Both the position numbers and the translations under genes were made by a program. From assembly GCA_046759465.1 (NCBI GenBank), contig JBHICH010000001.1:9953-73952 (forward strand): a stretch of 64,000 nucleotides of DNA, given 5' to 3'. The stretch's first letter is position 1. Every line of letters starts with the position of its first letter. Source of the DNA: Nitrososphaerales archaeon (GTDB taxonomy: Archaea; Thermoproteota; Nitrososphaeria; Nitrososphaerales; UBA213). The notes beneath the pieces are model-generated. The model saw only the letters and a list, made by a program, of their open reading frames with translations, made no database searches and was not told the DNA's origin. This document shows, in pieces, positions 54,152-64,000 of this stretch.

Positions 54152-55340
54152 TGCTCATCTTTAGATAGCGTTCGACAACTTCTACATCCTTGTCTCCCCT
54201 CCCGGACAAGCCTACAACGATAAAATGATGCTTGCTGTAGTTCTTGGCAATTTGCATTGAATAAGCCAACGCGTGTGCAGGCTCCAGTGCCGGGATTATT
54301 CCTTCATACTTTGATAGTGCCAAAAATGCGTTTACTGCCTCAGCATCACTAACATTTGTGTACTTTACCCTCTTCATGCTTTTGAGAAAAGAGTGTTCTG
54401 GACCCACACCTGGATAGTCCAAGCCTGCAGCTATGCTATGCGTATGGAGTATCTGACCATCGTCGTCTTGAAGCAAGCATGTTAGCATGCCGTGTAGGAT
54501 GCCTTCCGTTCCAGTGCACAGTGTTGCCGAATGTTTGTTGCTACTCAATCCCATACCTCCAGCCTCTACACCATATAGCACAACTTTGCTATCAAGGAAT
54601 TCGTGAAATATGCCGATTGCATTGCTACCACCACCTACGCAGGCAATTATAGTATTTGGAAGTCTCTTCTCCAGCTTGAATAACTGTCGCTTTATCTCCT
54701 TGCCAATAACACTTTGGAAGTCTCTGACCATCATCGGATACGGATGCGGACCGACAACTGATCCGAGTAAATAATAGGTTGTTCTAACGTTGGTTATCCA
54801 ATCCCTTAAGGCTTCGTTGATAGCATCCTTCAAAGTTTTTGAGCCTGAATCTACAGGATACACCTTTGCACCAAGAAGTTTCATCCTGAATACATTCAAC
54901 TTTTGTCGCTCAATGTCTTTTGATCCCATGTAAACTTCGCACTTTAAGCCTAATGCGGCACAAGCCATTGCTGTTGCTACTCCATGCTGACCCGCACCTG
55001 TTTCTGCGATGATTCGCTCCTTCCCCATCTTCTTTGCCAGTAGTGCCTGTCCCAAGGTGTTATTGATCTTGTGTGCGCCGCCATGCAGCAGATCTTCACG
55101 CTTAAGATAGATCCTTGCTCCTCTAACGGCTTTTGTTAGATTCCTAGCGAAGTATAATGGAGTTGGTCTTCCAGCATACTCTTTAAGATAATATTCTAAT
55201 TCTTGTTTAAACTTTCTATCATTTCTAAATTTTAGATACGCTCGCTCGAGCTCCTCCAGTGCTGGAATCAAAGTTTCTGGAACAAACCTTCCGCCAAACT
55301 TGCCAAACTTGCCCTTTATAGGATATTGTTTGAATTTCAT
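54135..55340 (-). CDS. trpB: Tryptophan synthase beta chain
   Basis: [16 protein letters not shown] (PLP lysine) and GGGSNAIG. Confidence 0.95.
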   Translation of the reverse strand: MKFKQYPIKGKFGKFGGRFVPETLIPALEELERAYLKFRNDRKFKQELEYYLKEYAGRPTPLYFARNLTKAVRGARIYLKREDLLHGGAHKINNTLGQALLAKKMGKERIIAETGAGQHGVATAMACAALGLKCEVYMGSKDIERQKLNVFRMKLLGAKVYPVDSGSKTLKDAINEALRDWITNVRTTYYLLGSVVGPHPYPMMVRDFQSVIGKEIKRQLFKLEKRLPNTIIACVGGGSNAIGIFHEFLDSKVVLYGVEAGGMGLSSNKHSATLCTGTEGILHGMLTCLLQDDDGQILHTHSIAAGLDYPGVGPEHSFLKSMKRVKYTNVSDAEAVNAFLALSKYEGIIPALEPAHALAYSMQIAKNYSKHHFIVVGLSGRGDKDVEVVERYLKMSNDQNK

Positions 55341-56113
55341 ATGATCATCACTAACTTCTTTACAGCATCTTTAATGTTATTGGACTGCATTATACTTGTT
55401 CCAATCAAGAATGCGTCTGCACCGACACTCTTGAGATACCTTATCTGATCTGGGTCTTTTATTCCACTCTCACTTATTACAGGTTTCTTCTTCTCACACC
55501 TTTTCAGTATGTATTCAGTGGTCTTGATATCGATCTGCATGGTGTCAAGGTTTCTGTTGTTTATTCCAATTAGATCAGCACTGCCTTTCATAGCCTCAGT
55601 GAACTCCTCTTCGGAATGTGTTTCCAGCAAAACCTCCATTCCAAGTCTATGTGCTTTGTCAGTAAAGTGTTCAATGCTACCTTCACAGAGATTTTCGTTA
55701 AAGAGCGACGCGATTAAGAGAATGCAATCAGCACCAATCTTGTCAGCAGCATCAATCTGCACATCGCTTATCATTATGTCCTTCATCAATAATGGAGCAT
55801 CAAGTGTCAGTCGTGCATTGGCCAAATAGTTTACTGAGCCATCGAACATGTTTGGCTGAGTCAGTATTGACAATGCGATAGCACCGGAGTCAATCATGTC
55901 CTTCGCAATGTGTGTTGGATCTGCATATTTTCGTATAGTGCCCAGCGATGGTGATGCAAATTTTATTTCTGTTATTATCGGAGTATGGTTGCAATTAGTG
56001 ATTCCATTCTTTATGCTGAATGTGGGATGGTAAATTGTAAAGTTGATCTCGTAAACTCCATCATTTATTGCTTTTTTAGCAGTATCTGCAAGAGTCTTCA
56101 AGAATTTTGCCAT
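55337..56113 (-). CDS. trpC: Indole-3-glycerol phosphate synthase
   Basis: [11 protein letters not shown] and IGINNRNL motifs. 258 aa, with no fused TrpF domain. Confidence 0.9.
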   Translation of the reverse strand: MAKFLKTLADTAKKAINDGVYEINFTIYHPTFSIKNGITNCNHTPIITEIKFASPSLGTIRKYADPTHIAKDMIDSGAIALSILTQPNMFDGSVNYLANARLTLDAPLLMKDIMISDVQIDAADKIGADCILLIASLFNENLCEGSIEHFTDKAHRLGMEVLLETHSEEEFTEAMKGSADLIGINNRNLDTMQIDIKTTEYILKRCEKKKPVISESGIKDPDQIRYLKSVGADAFLIGTSIMQSNNIKDAVKKLVMII

Positions 56114-57156
56114 TTTTGTTCTAACCCCTCTAACTTTGATATGTTGCCACAGCTCTTGATGAGCGCCTGCAATTTCTTGTATGCGCTACCACTTTCAACA
56201 GCCTTTCTTGCCGACAGAATTGCATCCTCAAATGAAGCAGCTTTGTTTCCAACTATCAGTGCGGCAGCCGCATTAAGTAGAACCACCCCAAGTCTCTTCT
56301 CATCGGCAGTTCCAGTCAGCACTTTGAACATCTGCAATGCTGATTCATCCTTGCTACTAGCACTCAAATCAGCTGGTTCTGCTGAACTGATCTTAAAACT
56401 TCTAGGATTCAAATCAAATTCACTTATGTTACCATTTCTCAACCATGCTATGTGATTTGCACAAGTGTTTGAAAGTTCGTCTAGACCGTCTTTAGCATAA
56501 AAGACCATGGTTTCCTGCATTCCAGCATTCTTCAGCAATTGTGCTACCTTGTCTATCAAATTTAGGTCGTAAACACCAACTACCTGTGCATTAACCCCAG
56601 CTGGGTTGCTCAAAGGACCAAGAATATTAAACGCGGTTCTAACACCAAGCTCCTTTCTGGCATTTGCAACATTTTTCATTGCGGGATGAAATTTTGGGGC
56701 AAACATGAAACCTATTCCCAATTTTTCAATACACTCCTTGGCCCGATCTGGTTCAGTGTTCAAATCGTATCCAAAGTATTCTAGAACATCTGCACTACCA
56801 CACACTCCAGATACTGATCTGTTGCCATGCTTTGCAACATTCACTCCAGCTGCACTTGCAACAAAAGCAGCTGCTGTGCTTATGTTGAAGGTATTGATCT
56901 TGTCACCGCCAGTGCCGCACGTGTCAATGAGTCTTCCACTTACTGAAGGTTTTATCTTGATGCTAAATTCGTTCATGACATCAAGCATTGCCTTCAGCTC
57001 TTCAACCGATTCACCTTTCATCTTTAGCGCTAGCAAGAAACTAGCTATTGATGCATCATCGGCGTTTGCGCTCATTATTTCGTGCATGCACTGAAACATC
57101 TCGTTGTGATCTAAATTCTGAGATTCTTCCAGTTTCTTGATTGAATCTTTTATCAT
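56098..57156 (-). CDS. trpD: Anthranilate phosphoribosyltransferase
   Basis: DTCGTGGDKINTFNIST and KHGNRSVS motifs. Confidence 0.9.
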   Translation of the reverse strand: MIKDSIKKLEESQNLDHNEMFQCMHEIMSANADDASIASFLLALKMKGESVEELKAMLDVMNEFSIKIKPSVSGRLIDTCGTGGDKINTFNISTAAAFVASAAGVNVAKHGNRSVSGVCGSADVLEYFGYDLNTEPDRAKECIEKLGIGFMFAPKFHPAMKNVANARKELGVRTAFNILGPLSNPAGVNAQVVGVYDLNLIDKVAQLLKNAGMQETMVFYAKDGLDELSNTCANHIAWLRNGNISEFDLNPRSFKISSAEPADLSASSKDESALQMFKVLTGTADEKRLGVVLLNAAAALIVGNKAASFEDAILSARKAVESGSAYKKLQALIKSCGNISKLEGLEQKWQNS

Positions 57157-57740
57157 CTTTTCACGATCTTTAGAAAGTTGAGTAGGATCTTCCTGCCATC
57201 ATCAGTTAGAACAGATTCTGGATGGAACTGCACACCCTCGATCACGTATTCCTTATGCCTTATGCCCATTATCTCGCCGTCATCTAAGGAATTAGCAGTA
57301 ACTTCCAAACAAGGGGGTATTGAATCAGGTTCCGCAACCAAGGAGTGATATCTTGTGGCTTTGAAGGGATTGGTTACATGCTCAAACAAGGTTTTGTTGT
57401 TGTGCTTAATCGCGCTTGTCTTACCATGCCTGACCTTCTTCGCATTTACAACCTTGCCTCCGTATACGTGCACTATACCCTGATGGCCCAAACAAACACC
57501 TAGGATGGGTATCTTCGATCCAAGTTTAGTTATAACATCTGAGCATACTCCGAAGTCTCTTTTGTTTGCGGGATGTCCAGGTCCAGGTGATATCACTATT
57601 GCGTCTGGACTCATCTTCCATATTTCGTCAATTGTTATCTTGTCGTTTCTAATAACAGCTGGTTCTGTCTTTAACTCGCCAAGTAATTGTGCTAAGTTGT
57701 ATGTGAATGAATCGTAATTATCAATTATTAGGATCTTCAT
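57153..57740 (-). CDS. trpG: Anthranilate synthase component II (glutamine amidotransferase)
   Basis: MKILIIDNYDSFTYNL..., GVCLGHQ and FHPES motifs. ATG 57740 overlaps the trpE stop (ATGA) and is preceded by GAGGAGG. The track's 55-aa N-terminal extension lies inside trpE. Confidence 0.9.
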   Translation of the reverse strand: MKILIIDNYDSFTYNLAQLLGELKTEPAVIRNDKITIDEIWKMSPDAIVISPGPGHPANKRDFGVCSDVITKLGSKIPILGVCLGHQGIVHVYGGKVVNAKKVRHGKTSAIKHNNKTLFEHVTNPFKATRYHSLVAEPDSIPPCLEVTANSLDDGEIMGIRHKEYVIEGVQFHPESVLTDDGRKILLNFLKIVKR

Positions 57741-59137
57741 TTTGATGCCCTCCTCAGTGCCTCCGTCAAGGCGTTTGCCTTGTGCTCTGTCTCCATCCAT
57801 TCGTTGTCCGGTACAGAATCTGCGACTATACCCGCACCTGCTTGCAAATACGCCTTGTTTGAATTTACAAACATTGAGCGAATTGTGATTGCAAAGTCGC
57901 AGCAACCGTTAAACGAAAAGTATCCCAGAGCCCCAGCATATGGTCCTCTAACTTCTGGCTCGAGTTCATCAATGATCTCCATCGCTCTGACCTTTGGTGC
58001 TCCAGATACTGTGCCAGCAGGAAAGACGGCCTTGAACGCATCATAGCAATCTTGATTGCTCTGCAATTGCCCAGTGACATGCGAAACGATATGCTGTACA
58101 TGACTGAACTCTTTCACGGTCATCAAAGCATCAACCTCAACAGTGCCCCAGTTGCAGACTCTGCCAACATCATTTCTTGCCAAATCAACTAGCATGGTGT
58201 GTTCTGCAAGTTCCTTTTCATCATGAAGCATCTCTTCCTTCAACTGCACATTTTTGTTCTTGTCTTCCAAAATTGGCCTAGTGCCAGCGATGGGAAATGT
58301 TTCAACTACGCCGGAACTTACCCTTACTAGCATCTCTGGACTTGAACCGATGATCGCTTTGTCCTTCATCTTAAGGAAATACATGTATGGAGACGGATTT
58401 ATCTCTCTCAACTTGTCGTAAACCTTGATTAGATTACCCTTAACGCCAAAGCCTAACCGCTTTGAAAGCACGACTTGGTAGATGTCTCCATTGTAGATGT
58501 AATCCTTTGCCTTTTCTATCATCTTGACAAAGCTTTTTTGATCGATGCTGCTGGATGGTTCGGTATATTCAAAAGAGTCTGCTGATATATCATTAAGTTT
58601 GAGCTCATCGATTCTTGGCTTGTCAAGGTAGAAGTAGTGCACTTGGTTTTCTTTATGGTTGAATAGTATTCCATCCGTGTAAATGCCGAATTCCACCAGA
58701 GGATATCCTTTCAGTTTTTTGTTTGTTAGTGGTATATTCTCCCAGTATCTTATTGCATCGTAACTTGCATATCCGACTGCGCCTCCAATGTATCTGAACC
58801 TATCATCGCTTACTTTAGGCATTAGTTCGCGTAACTGCTGCATTGGTTCTGTAACATCATATGTTTCTGTTTGACCATCATGGTTTTTGACAATAAACCT
58901 TTTTGAATCACAATTGACAACCAGCACGGGGTCAAAGCCAATTACCGACATTTCAGACATTTCCCTTGGCCCCGCCAAAGATTCAAGTATGAAGGCGTGG
59001 TCGTATTTGGGGTAAATCTTCTTGAAGAATTCAAAAGGTGTTTCGTTTATACTCAAGCGTCGAAAATTCAAAGTACTACTGTGGGAAAGACGTCCAAACG
59101 TGTCCACCCATTTCTGCAGAGAGTCTGCTCCTTCCAT
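57737..59137 (-). CDS. trpE: Anthranilate synthase component I
   Basis: Chorismate-binding C-terminal motifs (GTVSGAPK, GPYAGALGYF, GAGIVADS). Confidence 0.95.
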   Translation of the reverse strand: MEGADSLQKWVDTFGRLSHSSTLNFRRLSINETPFEFFKKIYPKYDHAFILESLAGPREMSEMSVIGFDPVLVVNCDSKRFIVKNHDGQTETYDVTEPMQQLRELMPKVSDDRFRYIGGAVGYASYDAIRYWENIPLTNKKLKGYPLVEFGIYTDGILFNHKENQVHYFYLDKPRIDELKLNDISADSFEYTEPSSSIDQKSFVKMIEKAKDYIYNGDIYQVVLSKRLGFGVKGNLIKVYDKLREINPSPYMYFLKMKDKAIIGSSPEMLVRVSSGVVETFPIAGTRPILEDKNKNVQLKEEMLHDEKELAEHTMLVDLARNDVGRVCNWGTVEVDALMTVKEFSHVQHIVSHVTGQLQSNQDCYDAFKAVFPAGTVSGAPKVRAMEIIDELEPEVRGPYAGALGYFSFNGCCDFAITIRSMFVNSNKAYLQAGAGIVADSVPDNEWMETEHKANALTEALRRASK

Positions 59138-59211
59138 ATTTATAACTATCTAGGATGTTATTTCAAGTCGAACTTAATGTTTCAAATTGAGATTCTAAAT
59201 TCTACTTAATC

Positions 59212-59273
59212 CCAAGAAAACACACTTGCAAGGAGACGGGCTAGTCACATAAGGAGGTCAGTTCCTTAACAAG
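59212..59273 (-). terminator. Imperfect hairpin plus T-rich tract after ilvD
   Basis: Minus strand reads CTTGTTAAGGA...TCCTTGCAAG (plus-strand coordinates 59225-59234 and 59263-59273), followed by GTGTTTTCTT. Confidence 0.35.
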
Positions 59274-59291
59274 AAATTAACCACCTAAATC

Positions 59292-60989
59292 TTATCTGCC
59301 AAGAGTATTTGAATGCGTTACTGCGCCATCCGATGCAGATCCCACAAGAGAAGCATATTTTGCCATAGCACCACGAGTATATCTCGGCTTTATAGTTTTC
59401 CACTTCTCACGCCTACGTGCTAATTCTTTCTTGTTTAAGATGATATCTAATAAGCCCTTGTTTGCGTCAATAATTATTTCATCACCATTTTTAGCTAACG
59501 CTATCGGTCCCCCAACTGCAGCTTCTGGCGCAACATGTCCTATCATAAGGCCTCTAGTCGCCCCTGAAAATCTTCCATCTGTAACTAGAGCAACTTTCTC
59601 TCCTAGACCCTGACCAACTATAGCTGCGGTCACTGCAAGCATTTCTCTCATACCAGGACCTCCCTTTGGACCTTCGTATCTAATTATAACAACGTCTCCT
59701 TCAACTATTCCTCCTTTTGATAAAGCTTGAAATGCCTCCTCCTCAGAGTTGAAGACCCTTGCATTTCCTCGGATCTTACGGTTCTTGACCCCAGATATCT
59801 TTACAACTGCACCATCAGGAGCTAGCGATCCCCCTAGAATGGTAACTGTCCCATGCTTATCGATCGGATCCTTGGTAGGCCTTAGCACTTTCTGGTTCGC
59901 ATGTGGAGTAAACTTGATCCGTCTAAGATTTTCCTTAAGCGTCTTCCCGGTTACAGTAAGTACATCACCATTCAGCAGTCCTTTTTTAAGAAGACTATTC
60001 ATCAATAATGGAACGCCGCCAATTTTATCCAGGTCGAGCATGACATAAAACCCACCAGGTCGCATGTCGGCAATATGTGGTGTTTTGCGCCTGATTCGCT
60101 CGAAATCATTTAAGGTTAGCTTAACCCCAATTTCTTTTGCCAGCGCAAGAAGATGCAATACAGCATTTGTTGATCCACCAATTGCTTGCATCACTGCAAT
60201 TGCATTTTCAAAGGCCTCAAAAGTCAAAATGTCTTCAGGCCGTATATTGTTCTCCAAAAGATTCATGATCGCCTTTCCTGTCTCATAGCATACCTGGTAC
60301 CTCCTGCTATCTTCTGCTGGAGGCGATGCGCTTCCCGGCAGAGAGATACCAACTGCCTCACCTATAGATGCCATTGTATTAGCAGTATACATTCCTGCAC
60401 ATGAACCAGCGCCTGGACATGCATGATTCTCCATTTCTTTAAGTGACTGAAGACTCAGTTTGCCTGTAGCGTAAGAACCTACAGCTTCGAACATATCTTG
60501 TATGGTTATTTCTTTTCCCTCATAGACACCCGGCATTATAGTGCCACCATAAACAAAGACTGAAGGTCTGTTTAAACGCGCCATAGCCATCATTGTCCCA
60601 GGCAGGCTCTTGTCACAGCCTGAAATTCCAATCAAACCATCGTACTGATGAGCTCGAACCATGATCTCTATGGAATCTGCTATGATCTCCCTACTAACCA
60701 GTGAAGCTTTCATACCTTCGTGCCCCATTGCTATACCATCGCTTACTGCAATTGTTGCAAACTCTCTTGGGGTGCAGCCAGCATCCTTCACTCCTTGCTT
60801 GGCCCTTTCTGCCAACTTGTCCAGATGCATATTGCATGGAGTAGCTTCGTTACAGGTATGGGAGACACCTACGATGGGCTTGCTTAGATCCTCATCAGTA
60901 AGACCCATTGCCTTATACATAGCCCTATGCGGAGCCCTCTCAGGTCCTTCAACCACTTTTCTGCTTGAGAGATTTATTTGATGACGCAT
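59292..60989 (-). CDS. ilvD: Dihydroxy-acid dehydratase
   Basis: Typical IlvD motifs ([32 protein letters not shown]). Confidence 0.95.
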   Translation of the reverse strand: MRHQINLSSRKVVEGPERAPHRAMYKAMGLTDEDLSKPIVGVSHTCNEATPCNMHLDKLAERAKQGVKDAGCTPREFATIAVSDGIAMGHEGMKASLVSREIIADSIEIMVRAHQYDGLIGISGCDKSLPGTMMAMARLNRPSVFVYGGTIMPGVYEGKEITIQDMFEAVGSYATGKLSLQSLKEMENHACPGAGSCAGMYTANTMASIGEAVGISLPGSASPPAEDSRRYQVCYETGKAIMNLLENNIRPEDILTFEAFENAIAVMQAIGGSTNAVLHLLALAKEIGVKLTLNDFERIRRKTPHIADMRPGGFYVMLDLDKIGGVPLLMNSLLKKGLLNGDVLTVTGKTLKENLRRIKFTPHANQKVLRPTKDPIDKHGTVTILGGSLAPDGAVVKISGVKNRKIRGNARVFNSEEEAFQALSKGGIVEGDVVIIRYEGPKGGPGMREMLAVTAAIVGQGLGEKVALVTDGRFSGATRGLMIGHVAPEAAVGGPIALAKNGDEIIIDANKGLLDIILNKKELARRREKWKTIKPRYTRGAMAKYASLVGSASDGAVTHSNTLGR

Positions 60990-61100
60990 TAGAAGAGTTA
61001 GCGCCTATGATAATTTAAGTTATACTCATGATCTGCGATGTAAGTGCTGTTTTGCTTAACCTTAAAAATATAAGCATGAATCGTTTTATTTTGGTCGCAT

Positions 61101-61529
61101 ATGGACTGTGCATTTTGTTCGATAATCAATCACAAAAGTACAGCTGCTTATGTTTTTGAAAGCGATGGGTTTATCGCATTTATGGACAAATATCCAATTA
61201 ACAGTGGTCACACCCTTGTTCTGCCAAAAAAACATTACCACACAATATTGTATATGCCTGCCAAGGATATTAGCAAGTTATTTCATTTGTCATCGCATAT
61301 TGCAAAAGCAGTTGTGAAAGCTGTCAGTGCAGATGGCTTCACACTGGGACAGAACAACGGTGAAGCCGCGAATCAAATAGTCCCACATGTTCATGTTCAC
61401 ATAGTTCCAAGATTCAGTAATGATAGTGAAATAGGAAGATGGCCTAGTCGAAAAACAGCATCTATGGAGGAGTTAAGTGTAGTTGCAGAAAAGATCAAGA
61501 AACTAGTTGAACCAATAACAATTGATTGA
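61101..61529 (+). CDS. HIT-family nucleotide hydrolase/transferase
   Basis: Histidine triad HVHVHIVPR. N-terminal CAFCSII. Confidence 0.85.
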   Translation: MDCAFCSIINHKSTAAYVFESDGFIAFMDKYPINSGHTLVLPKKHYHTILYMPAKDISKLFHLSSHIAKAVVKAVSADGFTLGQNNGEAANQIVPHVHVHIVPRFSNDSEIGRWPSRKTASMEELSVVAEKIKKLVEPITID

Positions 61530-61562
61530 TATTACACATATTTGCACATGCGTATAAAATTA

Positions 61563-61886
61563 TTAGACAAGTTCCTTGACTATTGACTCCATATCTTCTT
61601 TTAATAAGCCAACCCCTCGTCTAGCATCTCTTCTAGTAACTATCTCTCCATTGTTAAAACAAATAATGGTTGGTATCGACTCTATCTTGAACATGTCCCA
61701 TAATGGGTTTTCGTCCTCATTCACCTTTGCACCAGCAATTTTGTATGACAACTTGCCATCGTAAGATTCGAAGATCGGCTTAAATTTGGCGCAAAAGGGG
61801 CACCAGTCAGCATAGAACAACACAAGATACTTGTCATCGCTCTCCATAACGGTTTGCACGAACTCTTCATGGTGAATGTTTTGCAT
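61563..61886 (-). CDS. trx: Thioredoxin
   Basis: Active site WCPFC in a ~107-aa thioredoxin fold. Confidence 0.85.
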   Translation of the reverse strand: MQNIHHEEFVQTVMESDDKYLVLFYADWCPFCAKFKPIFESYDGKLSYKIAGAKVNEDENPLWDMFKIESIPTIICFNNGEIVTRRDARRGVGLLKEDMESIVKELV

Positions 61887-61895
61887 ACTAACACC

Positions 61896-63143
61896 TTAGT
61901 GCATTCGATAACGCAGCAATGCCGCTATTTTGCCCAAACTTTCAAGCATCTTTCCATCCTCCGTTCTGGATGAAATAATCTCGATCCTCGCACCTGTCTT
62001 TGATGCAAGTTCTTCTAGGTGATCAACTATATCTCGCACATTGGTATGAATATCTGATGCAGAACAGCTAGAACACGGTGTGCTGATGATCTCTTGCTTA
62101 ACTTGTATCAGTTTATCCCTCTCTACGATCTTTTCACTTTTAACGTTACACCTCTTACATACCGACTCCAACCAAACCTTGTGCAAATTATCATTAACAA
62201 GAGCGAGTTCTGCTATACCATTCTTCAATGCACTGATAACATCGTTCAATCCATAGGTAGCCAAACCTTTCTCTTCGTGAACCGCTTCTAATAATTGTTG
62301 TACGAGCTTTCTTTCTTCAACAAGCCTGTATTCCTGCAGAATGTCTTGAGCCTTATCGATTGCTTCTCTTACTCCTTCCCTGCCGGCATATGAGGTATCA
62401 AGTACTGCCATAACATTGTTCTGCAACCTGTAGTCAAGGTATCCATTCTTTAGAAAATCATCTTTCGTAGGTCCAGGGCCTGCAACTATTATGCCCTCAA
62501 CATTATAAGAATCAATGAATACGGATTTTGAGTATGCTGCAACCCGATTAAAGTAATCGTTAAGCTCCATCTCTCGCAAACGCTGAAACCTTCTCGCTGA
62601 CTGTCCTCCAGCTCGATGTTTGCCCCCAACACCAGATGTTATATTTTCAACAGTTTCAACTCTATCGCCAAGTAAAAGACCAAGACCAGCTTCTGTGCTA
62701 TCGATAGCAAGTATTGCAATCACTTTTTCTTCCTTTAGCATACTCTTCAGTATATCCGTGTGAAAATGATCGTCGCATCTATACAGGAAAGTTTGCAGAG
62801 GCTTTGGAGGCACAACTTCATGCAAGGTTATTACTTCACTACCAACACCATTTGTTGGCAAAGCGCCACAAAATATTACCAAGCCGTTGTCAGGAGTTTC
62901 GCTGTAAAGCTTCAATCTTTGCATAGTTTTTGTAAGAGCGTCAAGAACATGATTCCTGGTTGTATCAGACTTTATGTTTGATGCGGTGCCAAACTCTTCC
63001 TTAAGTGTTGAAATAACCTCATGTACAGCTTTCCTTGGAGGAATGTAAAGAGAGACTAGTTCGGTGCCTCTCCCTGATTTGTTTGACAAATCTTCCAATG
63101 TACGCTTTAATCTGTAAAGCTTCACCGAGTTGTATTTACCCAT
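61896..63143 (-). CDS. prf1: Peptide chain release factor aRF1
   Basis: NIKS (TASNIKS) and GGQ (HRAGGQSARRF) motifs. I prefer ATG 63143 (MGKYNSVKLYRLK). Confidence 0.9.
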   Translation of the reverse strand: MGKYNSVKLYRLKRTLEDLSNKSGRGTELVSLYIPPRKAVHEVISTLKEEFGTASNIKSDTTRNHVLDALTKTMQRLKLYSETPDNGLVIFCGALPTNGVGSEVITLHEVVPPKPLQTFLYRCDDHFHTDILKSMLKEEKVIAILAIDSTEAGLGLLLGDRVETVENITSGVGGKHRAGGQSARRFQRLREMELNDYFNRVAAYSKSVFIDSYNVEGIIVAGPGPTKDDFLKNGYLDYRLQNNVMAVLDTSYAGREGVREAIDKAQDILQEYRLVEERKLVQQLLEAVHEEKGLATYGLNDVISALKNGIAELALVNDNLHKVWLESVCKRCNVKSEKIVERDKLIQVKQEIISTPCSSCSASDIHTNVRDIVDHLEELASKTGARIEIISSRTEDGKMLESLGKIAALLRYRMH

Positions 63144-63216
63144 GATATGAGCAACTACCAAAAATGTATAATATTAAGGTTATATGATGCATTGTTTAAT
63201 GGTGTAGTGTGGAAAG

Positions 63217-63762
63217 TTGTTACCGCGGTTAGAATACATCAAACAAGCGAGGATTAAACTTGGTATAACGCAGAGAAAGCTAGCATCGTTATCTGCTTTA
63301 AGCACATCGATGATCAATCAGATAGAATCTGGAAGATGCAAGCCGAGCTATGAAACTGCGAGAAAAATCTTTGAAGTCTTGAGCTCACTGGAAGGACACT
63401 CATCAACGCATGCTGGCGATATCTGCAGCAGGAATCTAGTTTATGTTGTAAAAGCTGATTCACTGCACAAGGCAATTGAGTTGATGCGCAAAAACTCCTT
63501 CAGTCAGGTTCCTGTCTTCGACACAACAACGCCAATTGGCCTGATAAGTGAGGATGGGTTGGTTAAGCATATGGTTGAAAAAGATCTCAAGAATATGAAC
63601 GTTGAAGACGCAATGGAGCCTTCCCCACCAGTAATCGACATTGCAACGCCAGCAAAGGCACTGATTCCATTGGTGCGATTTTCAAAATGCGCGTTGGTAA
63701 GTCAAAAAGGAAGTGTTGTTGGAATAATTACGGTATCTGATACGTTAAAGATGATTGAATAG
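63217..63762 (+). CDS. XRE-type HTH plus CBS-pair domain regulator
   Basis: N-terminal LGITQRKLASLSALSTSMINQIESGR HTH, followed by two CBS motifs. TTG start. Confidence 0.8.
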   Translation: MLPRLEYIKQARIKLGITQRKLASLSALSTSMINQIESGRCKPSYETARKIFEVLSSLEGHSSTHAGDICSRNLVYVVKADSLHKAIELMRKNSFSQVPVFDTTTPIGLISEDGLVKHMVEKDLKNMNVEDAMEPSPPVIDIATPAKALIPLVRFSKCALVSQKGSVVGIITVSDTLKMIE

Positions 63763-63842
63763 GATCATTAATCTGAATTATGAGAAGAATTTATTATTAC
63801 GGTAAGAGATCGAAAATATTTTCCTCTTCTCATTCTAATGAA

Positions 63843-64000
63843 TTACTTTATATCAAGCAGTTTGATCCGCTTTGCAACGTTTATCACTCTTGTATTTCCT
63901 ACGCGAGTTTCTTTGCCACCACTTTCATGTATATGTCCACAGAACTGAAGCTTTGGTTGTTTCTGTTCAACAAATTCTCTAATTACATCAGAACCAACAT
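63843..64000 (-). CDS. Calcineurin-like metallophosphoesterase, C-terminal fragment (5' end outside the window)
   Basis: Minus frame reads ...VGSDVIREFVEQKQPKLQFCGHIHESGGKETRVGNTRVINVAKRIKLLDIK*. It contains the GHxH metallophosphoesterase motif. Confidence 0.5.
   Translation of the reverse strand, partial: VGSDVIREFVEQKQPKLQFCGHIHESGGKETRVGNTRVINVAKRIKLLDIK

Noticed and set aside
57741-57905. 55-aa N-terminal extension of trpG in the track. Similar extensions occur on tuf (4154-4219), ppdK (9643-9711), albA (34177-34245), nadK (50585-50650), hbd (36901-36915) and prf1 (63144-63161).
   Set aside because: The extensions overlap upstream genes or lack family-typical sequence. Canonical N-termini begin at the internal ATG/GTG codons, which are supported by SD-like or TATA-like signals.
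59137-59150. TTATAAAT directly abutting the trpE ATG as the trp promoter
   Set aside because: It is too close (0-10 nt) to the start codon to act as a TATA box for this gene. The real promoter is probably further upstream in the 59150-59210 region, and I could not pinpoint it.

Overview
AT-rich archaeal chromosomal window. The gene content looks like an ammonia-oxidising thaumarchaeon (Nitrososphaerota, Nitrosopumilales-like). Supporting genes: aEF-1alpha, S10, S26e, RpoP, TFB, Alba, aRF1, family-B DNA polymerase, class-V FBP aldolase/phosphatase, thiolase-DUF35 pair, 3-hydroxybutyryl-CoA dehydrogenase, membrane-anchored cupredoxin, and a PEF-CTERM-like secreted protein. About 65 protein genes are densely packed on both strands, and most are housekeeping. 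Main blocks are thrC; tuf-rps10-rpoP; a cyclase-like/PII/fbp/tpiA/ppdK block; purP; alaX-aspS-gatCAB; hmgS; tfb; gap; albA; hbd; a hef-like helicase divergent from polB; dys; an aguB-aguA fusion; thrS; nadK; pyrG; trpEGDCBA; ilvD; prf1. There is one tRNA, tRNA-Phe(GAA), interrupted by two non-canonical introns. I saw no rRNA, CRISPR array, transposase or integrase. Many track ORFs carry spurious N-terminal extensions, and I re-called those starts by hand. The most interesting items are (1) an unclassified ~229-nt G+C-rich structured RNA candidate (37708-37936) with its own TATA-like box and T-rich stop, next to a degenerate PD-(D/E)xK nuclease-like ORF. (2) A ~75-nt G+C-rich sRNA candidate (35506-35580, minus strand). 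(3) The doubly interrupted tRNA-Phe. (4) A nucleotidyl-cyclase-like gene directly upstream of a PII gene and a gluconeogenic cluster. (5) Enzyme fusions (N-carbamoylputrescine amidase + agmatine deiminase; NAD kinase + wHTH). (6) An Alba with a perfect 12-nt tandem-repeat tail. (7) Inverted repeats bracketing TATA boxes. All homology calls come from reading motifs by eye; no searches or folding programs were run.
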